From NCBI GenBank assembly GCA_963664435.2, contig CAXXKM010000003.1, positions 1,730,205 to 1,794,204 on the forward strand: 64,000 bases of DNA, in the 5' to 3' direction. Both the position numbers and the translations under genes were made by a program. Of the stretch, positions 47,991 through 57,862 are shown piece by piece; positions within the stretch are counted from its first letter, which is position 1, and the number at the start of each line of letters is the position of its first letter. The notes under the pieces were generated by a model. It ran no database searches. It saw only the letters and a program-made list of their open reading frames with translations, and was not told the origin of the DNA. This DNA is from Longimicrobiales bacterium. GTDB taxonomy: Bacteria > Gemmatimonadota > Gemmatimonadetes > Longimicrobiales > Gaopeijiaceae.

Positions 47991-50900
47991 CGGGGAGTAT
48001 ATCCGCTCGTCCGCAGTGGTCGGCAACGTGGTTGCGGCCGACGCCATGATGAGCGGCGGCGACGGCCAGCCCGAAACGCTGGCAGGCGTTACGGTCACGC
48101 TGGGCGGTGAGCACGCCATGGGCGAGACCATGGAGACCGACGAGACCGGCGGCTTCGCGTTCACCGGGCTCCGGGCCGGCACCTACACGGTCACGATCAG
48201 CGACTATCCGGAGGACGTCTCCTTCGAGACGGTGATGGTCGAGGTAGCGGTCGAGGTCGGCGATGTCGGCCAGGCCGACTTCACGGGCCACTTCATCCGC
48301 ACCTCCGCGGTCGAGGGCCAGGTGATCATCGAAGGCGAGGGCCTTGCTGGGGTGACGGTTACCCTGAGCGGCGGTCCCGCCGACGAGAGCTACACCATCA
48401 TGACCGACGCCGACGGCATGTACCGGTTCGAGGAATTGCGTCCCGGCGCCTACACGGTCTCGATCTCTGACTTCGACGCGCGCGACTACGAGTTCGCGTC
48501 CACGTCCCAAGACGTGAACGTGGATCTCGATGAGACCAGCACCGTGTCGTTCACCGGCGTCCTGCTCCGCACCTCCGGCATCAGCGGCCGGGTGAGCGTC
48601 GAGGGCATGGGCCTCGGCGAGATCACGGTCACGCTGGCGGGCGCGGACGACCGCACCGCGATGACCGACGCGGGCGGCCAGTACTCCTTCGCGGGCTTGG
48701 CGGCCGGCGACTACACGGTCTCGATCGCGGTCGACAGCGACGCCTACGTCTTCGAGTCGATGAGCACGGACGTGACGGTCGGCGACGACGAGTCGGCGAT
48801 CATTAACTTCGAGGGCGCGCACGCGCGCACCGCGAGCGTGTCCGGCATGGCGTACGTTGACGAGGCGACCAAGAACGACATGTTCGACGAGGGCGAGCAT
48901 CCGCTGGCGCACGCCGGTCTTCCGGTGGTGCTGGTGGGCCCGGGCGTCAACGAGCAGCGGGTGAGCCTCACCGACTCGACCGGCGCGTTCTCCTTCACAG
49001 GCCTCCGCGCCGGCCCGTACCAGTTGGTCGTGACCATCAACGCCACGGTCGCCGCGGCTCTCGCGGCCAACGACTTGGCTTACGGCGGACCCGGCGAGGG
49101 CTACGCGGTCGCCCTCGGTGTCGGCGAGGCTGTGACGCAGTCGGTTCCGTTCGACATCACGCACACCAGGGTCAACTTCACAGCCTCGCTGAGGAGCGGT
49201 GAAGAGATGGGTGCCGCGCTTCCCGGCGCGATCGTCGATTTCTTCTCGGACGCGGCCGGTGAGACCAAGATCGGCAGCGGCATGACCGGCGAAGAAGGCT
49301 CGGTGATGATCCGGGTCGCGCGCGCCGGCACCAGCGGCAACATGGTCCACGCGAGCGTCTCCGCCGACGGCTACCATGTGGCCGACGGCATGACGGTCGT
49401 GTCGTGGAACCCGCAGTACAACATGGCCGCGGGCGCCAACGAGAACGACATCGTCAACCTGAACGTCGACGTGGCCATCAGCGGTGCCACCGTCACCACC
49501 GAGTACGGTGGCGGCGACACGCTCGCCAACTGGGCCATCAGCGTCATGGCAGGCGAAGACTCGGTCGCAGGCGCGCCGGAGAAGCTGGACACAGCCGGCG
49601 TCGCCGCGTTCACGACCACCGTGGGAGCCGACGACCTGCCGGCGACCTTCACCATCGCCGTCGACGACGACCAGGCCAACACGCTGGACGGCGGCGAGAG
49701 CTACGACGGTGGCTCGGTCGAGTACACCCACACCGGCCTCATGCTGGCGGGCACCCAGAACGCCGACATGATCGAGGTGGCGTTCACGACCCAGACCCTC
49801 AAGGTCTACGTGCACCACGAGCTTGATCAAGTCGAAGGCTACACCGGCAACATCCTCGGCGGTGACGAGAGGGACGGTAAGGGCGCCGACCGCAAGGTCG
49901 ATGTCGACCTCCGCTACATCGACGACTCCGGACGCTCGCGCGCGTTCACGGCTGCGGACAGCATCAGCGAACCGAAAGACAATGGTGACGGCGGTGCGTG
50001 GGTCTTCAGCAACGTGCCGGCCGACATGAACGTGATCGCCAACGCGTCGAAGGCCGACAACACCGACCTCAGCATCATGATCCTCGATGAGGGCGGGCAT
50101 GCCGATGAGCTCGCCGCCTACACCGGCACGGATGCCAACGGCATCACCGGCGGCCACTTCGGTGCGCAGGGCGGCTACAGCCACACGGTTTCGCTCTGCC
50201 CGCTGCAGGACGAGAACCCGCAGGACCACGACGCTTGCTCGTCGTTCGCCTACGTCAGCACGCACTCGGTGAGCGGGCTGATCTGGAAGAACGTGGTCGT
50301 CAAGAGCACCGAGACTGCCAACGATGACAGATTCTCGTTCGGCAAGACCGACGGAGTCGACGTATATGATCCCGAGGGTGCCCCCCCCACGTTCGTAGCC
50401 GGCATTTCCGTCAGCCTGAGCCCGGTCGAGGGCAAGAATCTCGCGGGTGACGAGGAGTCCGCCACCACTACGGAGAAGCCGGTCCGGGGGCCGGGTGAGA
50501 CCGCCAAGGGCAATGAAGTGCTCGACGAGACCCACCAGTTCGCCTTCAACAACATCGCGGCCGGCGTCTACAAGGCCAGCGTGACGGACGGCTGGCGGGC
50601 GAGGCTGGGTCCGAAGGGCGCCACGGCCATGGTCGGCAACGCCTTCAACCCGCTCGCGGGTGACGTCTCACTCGACGTCACGCCGGCGACGACCACCGTC
50701 TACGGCTACGTGAAGGACGCGGAGGATTTCCCCGTGGACAGCGTGAACGTGAACGTGAACGGTGTTGTAGCGATGTCCGACGTACACGGCCGCTACATCG
50801 CGGAGTACGTGCCGAACGTGGCGAGCCGCAAAATCGGCACCGTGACGCACACGAACAGCGTCTTCGTCGAGACCGCCCATGGAGGAAGCGGGGAGACGCG

Positions 50901-52290
50901 GAACATCCAGGCCTTTGCCGCAAACAGCCGGATCCGGCAGGACGTCGATCTTTCGGGCGTAGGCACGATCGCCTCGATCAGCGGTACGGTCACCGCGTCC
51001 GGCAGCGGCGCGCCGATCGCCGGTGCGGAGATCAAGGTTGACGGCAATGCCCCGACCAACGCGGCCAAGACCGGTGCGAACAGGGGCAAGCTCGTGACGG
51101 GCGCCGACGGCACCTACACGGCAGAATTCGCGGCCAAGGACCTCGGCGAGAGCGCCGATGTGACCGTGTCGAAGGACGGCATGAGCTTCGCGCCTGCGAC
51201 GCTGTCTGTTCCGGCCCACGCCGGATCGGCGGTCTCGGGCATCAACTTCACCGGCTTCCAGCATGCGACGATTTCGGGCCGGGTGAGAGGTCCGGACGGC
51301 AACGCCATGGGTGGCGTTACGGTCACGGCCACGAACGTGGTCGCAGGCGCAGCCGGGGACGACGTCTTGAGCACCAGCAACGCGAGAGGCACCTTCGTGC
51401 TCAGCGTACCGTTCGGCGCCTATGACATCGAAGCGTCGTTGGCGAACCACAGCTTCAAGTATCCGAACGACAACCAGAGGGTGAGCGTCGCACCGGGTCA
51501 GAGCTTGAACTTCGGCGCGATCGAGGCGCTGTCGCCTGGGGCTAGGAACCTCAGCGCATCGCGTGCCCGCACGGAGGACGACGAGTCCACCGAGGACATC
51601 GACGAATCCGAACGCTACGATGGCAACATCAGCGTGAAGTTCGTCGACAGCGCCACGGACGTGCCCGAAGGGTTCACCAGCCCCGCCACGCACGAGGTGC
51701 AGCACAACTACACCGGCACCTTCACGGATGCGAGCGCAACCTTGGTGACGCGCGACAGCCTCGGCACTACGGTCAATGTCCCGGGCAGCTACACGTTCAC
51801 GTCGCCGGGCGATACCACCTTCATGGTTCGAGTGGTGACGTCGGTCGCACACCCCACCGATTCGGACCTTACCTTCACGATCGAATCCGATCCGGTCACG
51901 GTCGGCGCGGTCGATCCGTCGACCAGCGGTGTCACTGCGAGTCGTGCGGCGACTGCCGATACCACCGTTGCCGACACCCTCACCGTCACTTGGGACGCCG
52001 ATAGCAACACCAGTTCCGAGTTCCGGATCATGGTTGAGGTCGCCTCCGAAAACACTGGTTCGACTTTGTGGCTCGTCGCCTCAGGTGGAGAGCCCGCCAC
52101 CATCGCAAGCACCACCAGGAGTTGGAGCTTGGAGTGGATTCATGACTTCACCGCGAGCTGGAACACGGTGGGTGGAACGGCGATTGCGATCACGGACGTC
52201 GAACTCAACAAGCCGTTCAGAGTTCGCGTCGACTCGAGACAGGGCAGTGCTGGCGACTTCACCGAGGGTACGCCAGTAGATGTCCCATAA
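47989..52290 (+). CDS. Large Ig-like (Cna-B/SdrD-B/carboxypeptidase-regulatory-like) repeat surface protein, 5'-truncated
   Basis: Repeated GVTVTL.G...TD..G.Y.F..L..G.YTV.I modules. The frame opens mid-linker (AGEYIRSSAVVGNV) after TAA at 47977, with no signal peptide or RBS. Confidence 0.8.
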   Translation, partial: AGEYIRSSAVVGNVVAADAMMSGGDGQPETLAGVTVTLGGEHAMGETMETDETGGFAFTGLRAGTYTVTISDYPEDVSFETVMVEVAVEVGDVGQADFTGHFIRTSAVEGQVIIEGEGLAGVTVTLSGGPADESYTIMTDADGMYRFEELRPGAYTVSISDFDARDYEFASTSQDVNVDLDETSTVSFTGVLLRTSGISGRVSVEGMGLGEITVTLAGADDRTAMTDAGGQYSFAGLAAGDYTVSIAVDSDAYVFESMSTDVTVGDDESAIINFEGAHARTASVSGMAYVDEATKNDMFDEGEHPLAHAGLPVVLVGPGVNEQRVSLTDSTGAFSFTGLRAGPYQLVVTINATVAAALAANDLAYGGPGEGYAVALGVGEAVTQSVPFDITHTRVNFTASLRSGEEMGAALPGAIVDFFSDAAGETKIGSGMTGEEGSVMIRVARAGTSGNMVHASVSADGYHVADGMTVVSWNPQYNMAAGANENDIVNLNVDVAISGATVTTEYGGGDTLANWAISVMAGEDSVAGAPEKLDTAGVAAFTTTVGADDLPATFTIAVDDDQANTLDGGESYDGGSVEYTHTGLMLAGTQNADMIEVAFTTQTLKVYVHHELDQVEGYTGNILGGDERDGKGADRKVDVDLRYIDDSGRSRAFTAADSISEPKDNGDGGAWVFSNVPADMNVIANASKADNTDLSIMILDEGGHADELAAYTGTDANGITGGHFGAQGGYSHTVSLCPLQDENPQDHDACSSFAYVSTHSVSGLIWKNVVVKSTETANDDRFSFGKTDGVDVYDPEGAPPTFVAGISVSLSPVEGKNLAGDEESATTTEKPVRGPGETAKGNEVLDETHQFAFNNIAAGVYKASVTDGWRARLGPKGATAMVGNAFNPLAGDVSLDVTPATTTVYGYVKDAEDFPVDSVNVNVNGVVAMSDVHGRYIAEYVPNVASRKIGTVTHTNSVFVETAHGGSGETRNIQAFAANSRIRQDVDLSGVGTIASISGTVTASGSGAPIAGAEIKVDGNAPTNAAKTGANRGKLVTGADGTYTAEFAAKDLGESADVTVSKDGMSFAPATLSVPAHAGSAVSGINFTGFQHATISGRVRGPDGNAMGGVTVTATNVVAGAAGDDVLSTSNARGTFVLSVPFGAYDIEASLANHSFKYPNDNQRVSVAPGQSLNFGAIEALSPGARNLSASRARTEDDESTEDIDESERYDGNISVKFVDSATDVPEGFTSPATHEVQHNYTGTFTDASATLVTRDSLGTTVNVPGSYTFTSPGDTTFMVRVVTSVAHPTDSDLTFTIESDPVTVGAVDPSTSGVTASRAATADTTVADTLTVTWDADSNTSSEFRIMVEVASENTGSTLWLVASGGEPATIASTTRSWSLEWIHDFTASWNTVGGTAIAITDVELNKPFRVRVDSRQGSAGDFTEGTPVDVP

Positions 52291-52300
52291 CCCCTTCAAC

Positions 52301-52399
52301 ACCATCAGCCTGGCTGACTAACCGTCAGCCAGGCTGATGGTCGCAGGCCGCGGGACAGCGTCACCCCCCGTTCGGGACTCCCGAACGGGGGGTGACGCT
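52301..52399. terminator. Two long perfect hairpins between the surface-protein genes
   Basis: accatcagcctggctgac-taacc-gtcagccaggctgatggt (18 bp stem) and agcgtcaccccccgttcggga-c-tcccgaacggggggtgacgct (21 bp inverted repeat). Confidence 0.7.
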
Positions 52400-52464
52400 C
52401 ACCAGACGACCGGTAAGCAAATGACTATTCCACCGCGCATTTCACCTGACGCGGAGAAGGCACG

Positions 52465-55400
52465 ATGATTCCGAATCAGCCTGGCGTACCCGTCCGTTCC
52501 CTCTTGGCGGCCGCAGTGGTCTGCGCGCTCCTGGTTCCATCTGCGGGCGTACAGGCTGAGGAGCCATATGTGGGCGGTTCGCGTGCGGGCGTCCCGTCGG
52601 TTGTGGAATCCCCAGTGGCGAGCGACGTGGCCGTCCCCCCCACGACCTCGATTTCATGGAGTTGGATCGGGTCCACACAGAACTCTGCCAGCGTCGTCAT
52701 CCGTTTCTCGCAGAGCGTGACCGGCTTCACGGTCGACGACATCAACATCACGTGCACGCACCCGACCGCGGCGTGTGCAGTGGCCGATCCGCTGGACAGT
52801 GACGAAGGCAGGAGGTTTGTCGTCACGATGAGGATGCCGGAACAATATGACGGCCTGGTGTTCTTCCATATCCCTGGGAACGTGGTGCAGAACAGCTCGC
52901 AGGAGGGGAATACCCCGTCGAGAGTGGTCAACATCAACGTGGACACCAGGGGCCCTGTAGTCAGCGACGCGAAGGTCAACGGCGACGAAGTCGTCATCGC
53001 CTTCGACGAAGACCTCGATGAGGATTTCGTCCCATCGACCAGCTATTTCCAAGTCGCCTTCGGAAATAGCACCGTGTCACACGACGTCAAGACCGTGTCC
53101 CGGGTCGAAGTGGCCACCCGCGATGTGTTCCTGCTTCTGGCAAGCCCCGTCGATACGCTCGACGCGGTTCGGGTGTTCTACGACGACCGCGGCGCCGACG
53201 CGCTTCGGGATCTGGCCGGCAATCGCGCGTTCGGCTTCGACAGGGCGGTGCGAAACGTCACCGGGGAGGCGCGCACCGGGGTGCCCGGAGAGCCGCGCAA
53301 GCTCACGGCGGAGGCCGACGGCCCCGACGCGATCATACTGGAGTGGGAGGCGCCGAGTTCGAATGGCGGTCGCGAGATCACCGGGTACCTCATCGAGTGG
53401 TCGGAAGACGGCCGCGACCCGTGGTCGACTCTGGAGCGCAATACCCGGAACACCGACACCAGCTACCGCGACGACAAGGATCTCACCGGGGGCGTCACGC
53501 GGCACTACAGGGTGTCGGCCATCAACTTCAACGGGGCGGGTGACCCCTCGAACGTCGCCGACGCCACCACCGAGGATGTCCTGCCGGACGCGGCTCGGTC
53601 GTTGACGGCGCAGGCCCGGGGGATGTCCGCCATCGAACTGAGGTGGCGCGCCCCCTCCTCCAGCGGCTCGACGCCGGTCACCGGCTACCGCATCGAATGG
53701 TCGCGGGCCGGACGCAGCCCCTGGACGCGGCTCGAGGCCGACACCGAGTCCACGGCCACCACCTACACCGACGACGAGCTCAGCCCCGCCACCACGCGCC
53801 ACTACCGCGTAGCAGCGATCAACCGGGCGGGTCTGGGCCCGTGGTCCAACACCGCCCAGGCGACCACCGACGCCACCCCTCCGAGCCCGCCCATAGCACT
53901 GAGCGTGGTTCCGGGCGCGAGGAGAACCGACGAACTCCTCCTCACCTGGTCCGCCCCGCCCGACGACGGCGGCAGCCCGATCACCGGCTACCGCATCGAG
54001 AGGTCCGCCACCGGCGGCGGCGGCTGGATCATCCATGTGCCCGGCACGGGCAGCACGGCCACCATCTACACCGACAGCAATCTCGGCCCCGCCGCCACCT
54101 GGTTCTATCGCGTGTCCGCGATCAACGGCGTGGGTACGGGACGCGCCTCCAACGTGGCCCAAGGCACCACCGATGCGGCGCCTCCCGGGCAGCCGCAGAA
54201 CGTACGCGCCCGCGGAACGGGACCGAACAGCGTCCTCCTCGTCTGGGACCGGCCGGAGAGCGACGGAGGGGCGCGCATCACCGGCTACAGCATCCGGATG
54301 CTCGGGCCCAACGATCGCTCCTGGATCATCATCCGTCCCAACACGGAGGAGACGACAACGACCTTTACGCACACCGGGCTTGACCCAGTGACCCGGTACC
54401 AGTACCAGGTCGCGGCCATCAACCGCGTGGGCGCCGGGCAGTGGTCGCTCACGGGGGCGGCCCTCACGCACGCGGACTTCGCCGCGGCCCCGACTGGGCT
54501 GACGGCCCGGGCAGTCGGCACCTCGCGCATCGACCTGTCGTGGAACGCGCCGCGCTACACCGGCGGCGTCTCGATCTTCGGCTACCGCGTCGAGGCCTCC
54601 GACGACGAGGGCGCGACCTGGAACATCATCCGCCGCAACACGAACTCGGCGACGACGGCGTTCTCGGACGTGAACCTGAGGCCCGCAACCACCCGCCACT
54701 ACCGGGTCGCCGCCATCAACCTCGCGGGGGTGGGGCCGTTCTCGAACGTGGCGCGGGCGACCACCGAGGCGACTGTTCCGAGCGTGCCGCGACGTCTCAA
54801 CGCCGATGCGGCCGGCACCTCGCAGATCGTCCTCTCCTGGCAGGCACCCGCGGACGACGGGGGCGCCCGCATCACCGGCTACCGCATCGAGGTCACGGCC
54901 GACGGGGGCGGGAGCTGGGAGGACTTGGTGGCCGCCACGCGCAGCACGGCCACCGTCTACACGCACAGCGGGCTGGCGCCGGCCTCGACGCGCCATTACC
55001 GCGTCTCGGCGATCAACCGGATCGGCGTGGGCAACGCGTCGCGGGTCGCGGGCTCCACCACGGACGCGACGGTGCCCGACGCGCCCACCGGGCTGGTCGC
55101 CACCGATGTCTCGCCCACCCAGATCGACCTGTTCTGGCTCGCGCCCGACTACAATGGCGGTGCGCCCATCACCGGGTACCGCATCGAGGTGTCGGAGACG
55201 GGCGCCGCCTGGGCGGACCTGGTCACCAACACCGAGTCCACGGTTGCCACCTTTTCGCATACCGCCCTGCAGCCGGGCAGCGTGCGCCACTACCGGGTGT
55301 CGGCGATCAACCGGGCGGGCACCGGCGCGGCGTCTGCGAGCGCAACGGCGGCGACCGACGACCCCGTGCAGCGGGCGGGCCGGCTCAACACCCGCGTCCT

Positions 55401-56763
55401 GCCGCAGGTGGCCGCGGCGATGACCTCGAGCACCGTCTCGGCGATCGCAAACCGCGTCAACGCGGTGGCCAACGGGATGGGCATGGAGCAGAGCGTGGAG
55501 ACGAACGGACTGTCGTCGATGGCCGCGAGCCTGTCCGCGCCGGGTCCGGGCGGCCTCGGCCTCGGCCAGAATGACGGCGCCGGCTTGGCCGCCCTATTCG
55601 GCGGCACCTCATTCCTGATGCCGTTCGGCACCCCGGACGCGCCGCAGCAGTCCGCGACCGGCATGCAGATGGCGAGCTGGGGTGCGGGCGAGTACCACTA
55701 CATGGGCGAACCCGGCGCGAGCGAGCTCGACTGGAAGGGCAACATGGTGAGCGCCCACGTCGGCGTGGACATGCGCGTGGGGCCGGACATCCTGGCGGGT
55801 GTCGCGGGCTCGTACAACTCGGGCTCCTTCGACTTCACCGACAAGACCGGCGCCCGACCGGTGGCCGGCACCTACGGCACCACCATGACCAGCGCGCATC
55901 CTTACGTGGCCTGGTTCCCCGGCGCGCGCGGCGCCTCGGTGTGGGGTTCGGCCGGGATCGGCCGGGGCGACATCGAGGTCGACGACGAGCGGGAAGGGCT
56001 CCGCACCAGCCCCGCCAGCATGATGACGGGGGCGGGAGGCGCGAGCTACCAGCTGTTCACGAGCGGCATCGGTGGCGTGAGCCTCAAGGCCGAGGGCTGG
56101 AGCGGCCGGTTCGAGGTCGAGGGCACCGAGCAGATCGGCACGGTGACGCTCGACATGCAGCGCGCCAAGCTTGCCCTTGAGTTGACGCAAGGCTTCCGCA
56201 CCGACACGGGGCAGGAGATGGCGTTCGTGCTCGAGGGCGGGATGCGCTACGACAACGGCGACGGCATCAACGGCACCAGCGCGGAGGTCGGCGGCGGGCT
56301 CCGCTACACGAACTCCGGGCTGGGATTGACCGCGGAGGGCCGCGGCCGGTTCGTCATCTCGGCGCGCCAAGGCTACGAGGAATGGGGCCTCGGCGGCATG
56401 CTCATGTTCGACCCGGCGGCCCCGGGCCAGGGGCTGCAGGTCCGGGTGGCGCCCGCGTACGGCGACCACAGGAGCGGGGTCAACCAGCTCTGGGAGCGCG
56501 GGGTGTCCGACGCGGTGGGCGGCCAGGACCTGGGCATGGGCCCCAACGTGGACGGCGAAGTGGCCTACGGCATCGCCGGCTTCCAGGGGACGCCCTACAG
56601 CGGCTTCTACCTCGGCAAGAGCGGGACGCGCGCCTTCTCGAGCGGCGTGCGCTACGATCTGGGCGCGGGGGTCGGGCTGCGGCTGGAAGGCACGCGGCGC
56701 GAGAGCGCGCTGGGTGCGGCCCAGCACTCGGTGGGCGTCCGCGGACGGATCAAGCTCCGGTAG
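52465..56763 (+). CDS. Fibronectin type III repeat autotransporter-like adhesin
   Basis: Signal peptide, Ig-like and SwmB-like modules, 7 FN3 repeats (WxAP..GG..ITGYRIE...TRHYRVSAIN..G), C-terminal beta-barrel-like domain (GMRYDNGDG, EVGGGLRY, YEEWG). Confidence 0.85.
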   Translation: MIPNQPGVPVRSLLAAAVVCALLVPSAGVQAEEPYVGGSRAGVPSVVESPVASDVAVPPTTSISWSWIGSTQNSASVVIRFSQSVTGFTVDDINITCTHPTAACAVADPLDSDEGRRFVVTMRMPEQYDGLVFFHIPGNVVQNSSQEGNTPSRVVNINVDTRGPVVSDAKVNGDEVVIAFDEDLDEDFVPSTSYFQVAFGNSTVSHDVKTVSRVEVATRDVFLLLASPVDTLDAVRVFYDDRGADALRDLAGNRAFGFDRAVRNVTGEARTGVPGEPRKLTAEADGPDAIILEWEAPSSNGGREITGYLIEWSEDGRDPWSTLERNTRNTDTSYRDDKDLTGGVTRHYRVSAINFNGAGDPSNVADATTEDVLPDAARSLTAQARGMSAIELRWRAPSSSGSTPVTGYRIEWSRAGRSPWTRLEADTESTATTYTDDELSPATTRHYRVAAINRAGLGPWSNTAQATTDATPPSPPIALSVVPGARRTDELLLTWSAPPDDGGSPITGYRIERSATGGGGWIIHVPGTGSTATIYTDSNLGPAATWFYRVSAINGVGTGRASNVAQGTTDAAPPGQPQNVRARGTGPNSVLLVWDRPESDGGARITGYSIRMLGPNDRSWIIIRPNTEETTTTFTHTGLDPVTRYQYQVAAINRVGAGQWSLTGAALTHADFAAAPTGLTARAVGTSRIDLSWNAPRYTGGVSIFGYRVEASDDEGATWNIIRRNTNSATTAFSDVNLRPATTRHYRVAAINLAGVGPFSNVARATTEATVPSVPRRLNADAAGTSQIVLSWQAPADDGGARITGYRIEVTADGGGSWEDLVAATRSTATVYTHSGLAPASTRHYRVSAINRIGVGNASRVAGSTTDATVPDAPTGLVATDVSPTQIDLFWLAPDYNGGAPITGYRIEVSETGAAWADLVTNTESTVATFSHTALQPGSVRHYRVSAINRAGTGAASASATAATDDPVQRAGRLNTRVLPQVAAAMTSSTVSAIANRVNAVANGMGMEQSVETNGLSSMAASLSAPGPGGLGLGQNDGAGLAALFGGTSFLMPFGTPDAPQQSATGMQMASWGAGEYHYMGEPGASELDWKGNMVSAHVGVDMRVGPDILAGVAGSYNSGSFDFTDKTGARPVAGTYGTTMTSAHPYVAWFPGARGASVWGSAGIGRGDIEVDDEREGLRTSPASMMTGAGGASYQLFTSGIGGVSLKAEGWSGRFEVEGTEQIGTVTLDMQRAKLALELTQGFRTDTGQEMAFVLEGGMRYDNGDGINGTSAEVGGGLRYTNSGLGLTAEGRGRFVISARQGYEEWGLGGMLMFDPAAPGQGLQVRVAPAYGDHRSGVNQLWERGVSDAVGGQDLGMGPNVDGEVAYGIAGFQGTPYSGFYLGKSGTRAFSSGVRYDLGAGVGLRLEGTRRESALGAAQHSVGVRGRIKLR

Positions 56764-56779
56764 GGGAGGGAGGAGCGTC

Positions 56780-57862
56780 ATGGCGACCAAGCGGCCGACC
56801 GCGCCCGGCGCGCGCGCGGCCCGGCCGAACGGGGAAGCGCGCTACGTCGGCTGGCAGTGCCGCCTGTACCCGAACCGGCCGCAGGCGCGCCTGCTCGCCC
56901 TGTGCCGGGAGGGGCTCCGCGAGCTGTCGAACGCCCTGCTCGGCGCCTCGAACCTGCAGTATTCCCAGACGGGCCGGCACATGACCGGCAAGGAGTTCCG
57001 CGCGGCCGCCCAGGACTGGTGGCGCCGCAGGCCGAACCGCGACCCGTTCCCGTCCACCGCCATCTACCAGATCGCGACCGACATGCACGGAGCGTTCCGC
57101 AACTGGCACACCAAGCCACGCGCGCGCCAGGGGCTGCCGAGGTTCAAGCCCGAGGGACGCGCCCCCGGGATCTACGTGGCCAGCCACGGCACCCGCTTCG
57201 ACGGCAACCGCGTCCGCTTGCCGAAGTTCGGCTGGATGCGCTGGCTGGGCGGGAGCCTGCCCGCTGGCCGGCTCGAGGGCCCGAAGAGCCGCACGACGCT
57301 CGGCATGGTGTACGGCCGGGTCTGGCGCGACGCCGGCGAGCGCTGGATGTTCTCGTGCGTGTTCGAGTGCGGCCCGGTCGATGCCGCCGCGCCCACGGCG
57401 GAGGTCGCCGTGGTGCGCCAGGACGGCCCGGGCATCGCCGTCGAACTCGACGGCAGGCCCATCGAAGTCCCGGGACCGGACGAGCGCTCCGACGCCGACA
57501 GGCAGCGGATGAGGCGGCTCCAGCGCCGCTTGAGCCGCTGCACCGAAGACTCGAAGCGGCGGGCCCGCGTTCTCGAACGGTTCCGCAATGTCGCCAGGAA
57601 CATCAGGAACCGCGAGCGCGACCGCCACCACAAGCTCACCACCATCGTCGTCCTCGCCGCCGGCACGATCATCGTCGAGGGCGTCAGCAGCGAGATGCTG
57701 CGCCAGCTCGAGTACAAGGCCCGTTGGCACGGGCGCCAACTGCAGGTACGGCGAGGCCCGCCGGAACCGGAGGCGCGCAAGCGCCCCGAACGCGCGCGGA
57801 GACCGGTAACTCCGGTCCGGTCCGTGAAGCGCGAATCGTCGAACGAAGGCCGGAGAGTTTGA
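56780..57862 (+). CDS. TnpB-derived protein, predicted nuclease-dead (TldR-like)
   Basis: RLYPNRPQ, AFRNW..GLPRFK, VRLPKFGWMR, RRLQRRLSR, HHKLTT, IIVEG and RQLEYKARWHG motifs. RuvC-I Asp is replaced; the zinc finger and RuvC-III are absent. AGGAG RBS. Confidence 0.8.
   Translation: MATKRPTAPGARAARPNGEARYVGWQCRLYPNRPQARLLALCREGLRELSNALLGASNLQYSQTGRHMTGKEFRAAAQDWWRRRPNRDPFPSTAIYQIATDMHGAFRNWHTKPRARQGLPRFKPEGRAPGIYVASHGTRFDGNRVRLPKFGWMRWLGGSLPAGRLEGPKSRTTLGMVYGRVWRDAGERWMFSCVFECGPVDAAAPTAEVAVVRQDGPGIAVELDGRPIEVPGPDERSDADRQRMRRLQRRLSRCTEDSKRRARVLERFRNVARNIRNRERDRHHKLTTIVVLAAGTIIVEGVSSEMLRQLEYKARWHGRQLQVRRGPPEPEARKRPERARRPVTPVRSVKRESSNEGRRV

Noticed and set aside
53439..53447. caatacccg match between the putative guide and the autotransporter CDS
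   Set aside because: Only 9 nt and the guide's 5' bases mismatch; compatible with chance.
56780..57862. Active IS200/IS605 or IS607 element, or Cas12f effector
   Set aside because: No TnpA or CRISPR array, and the catalytic Asp residues and zinc finger are missing.
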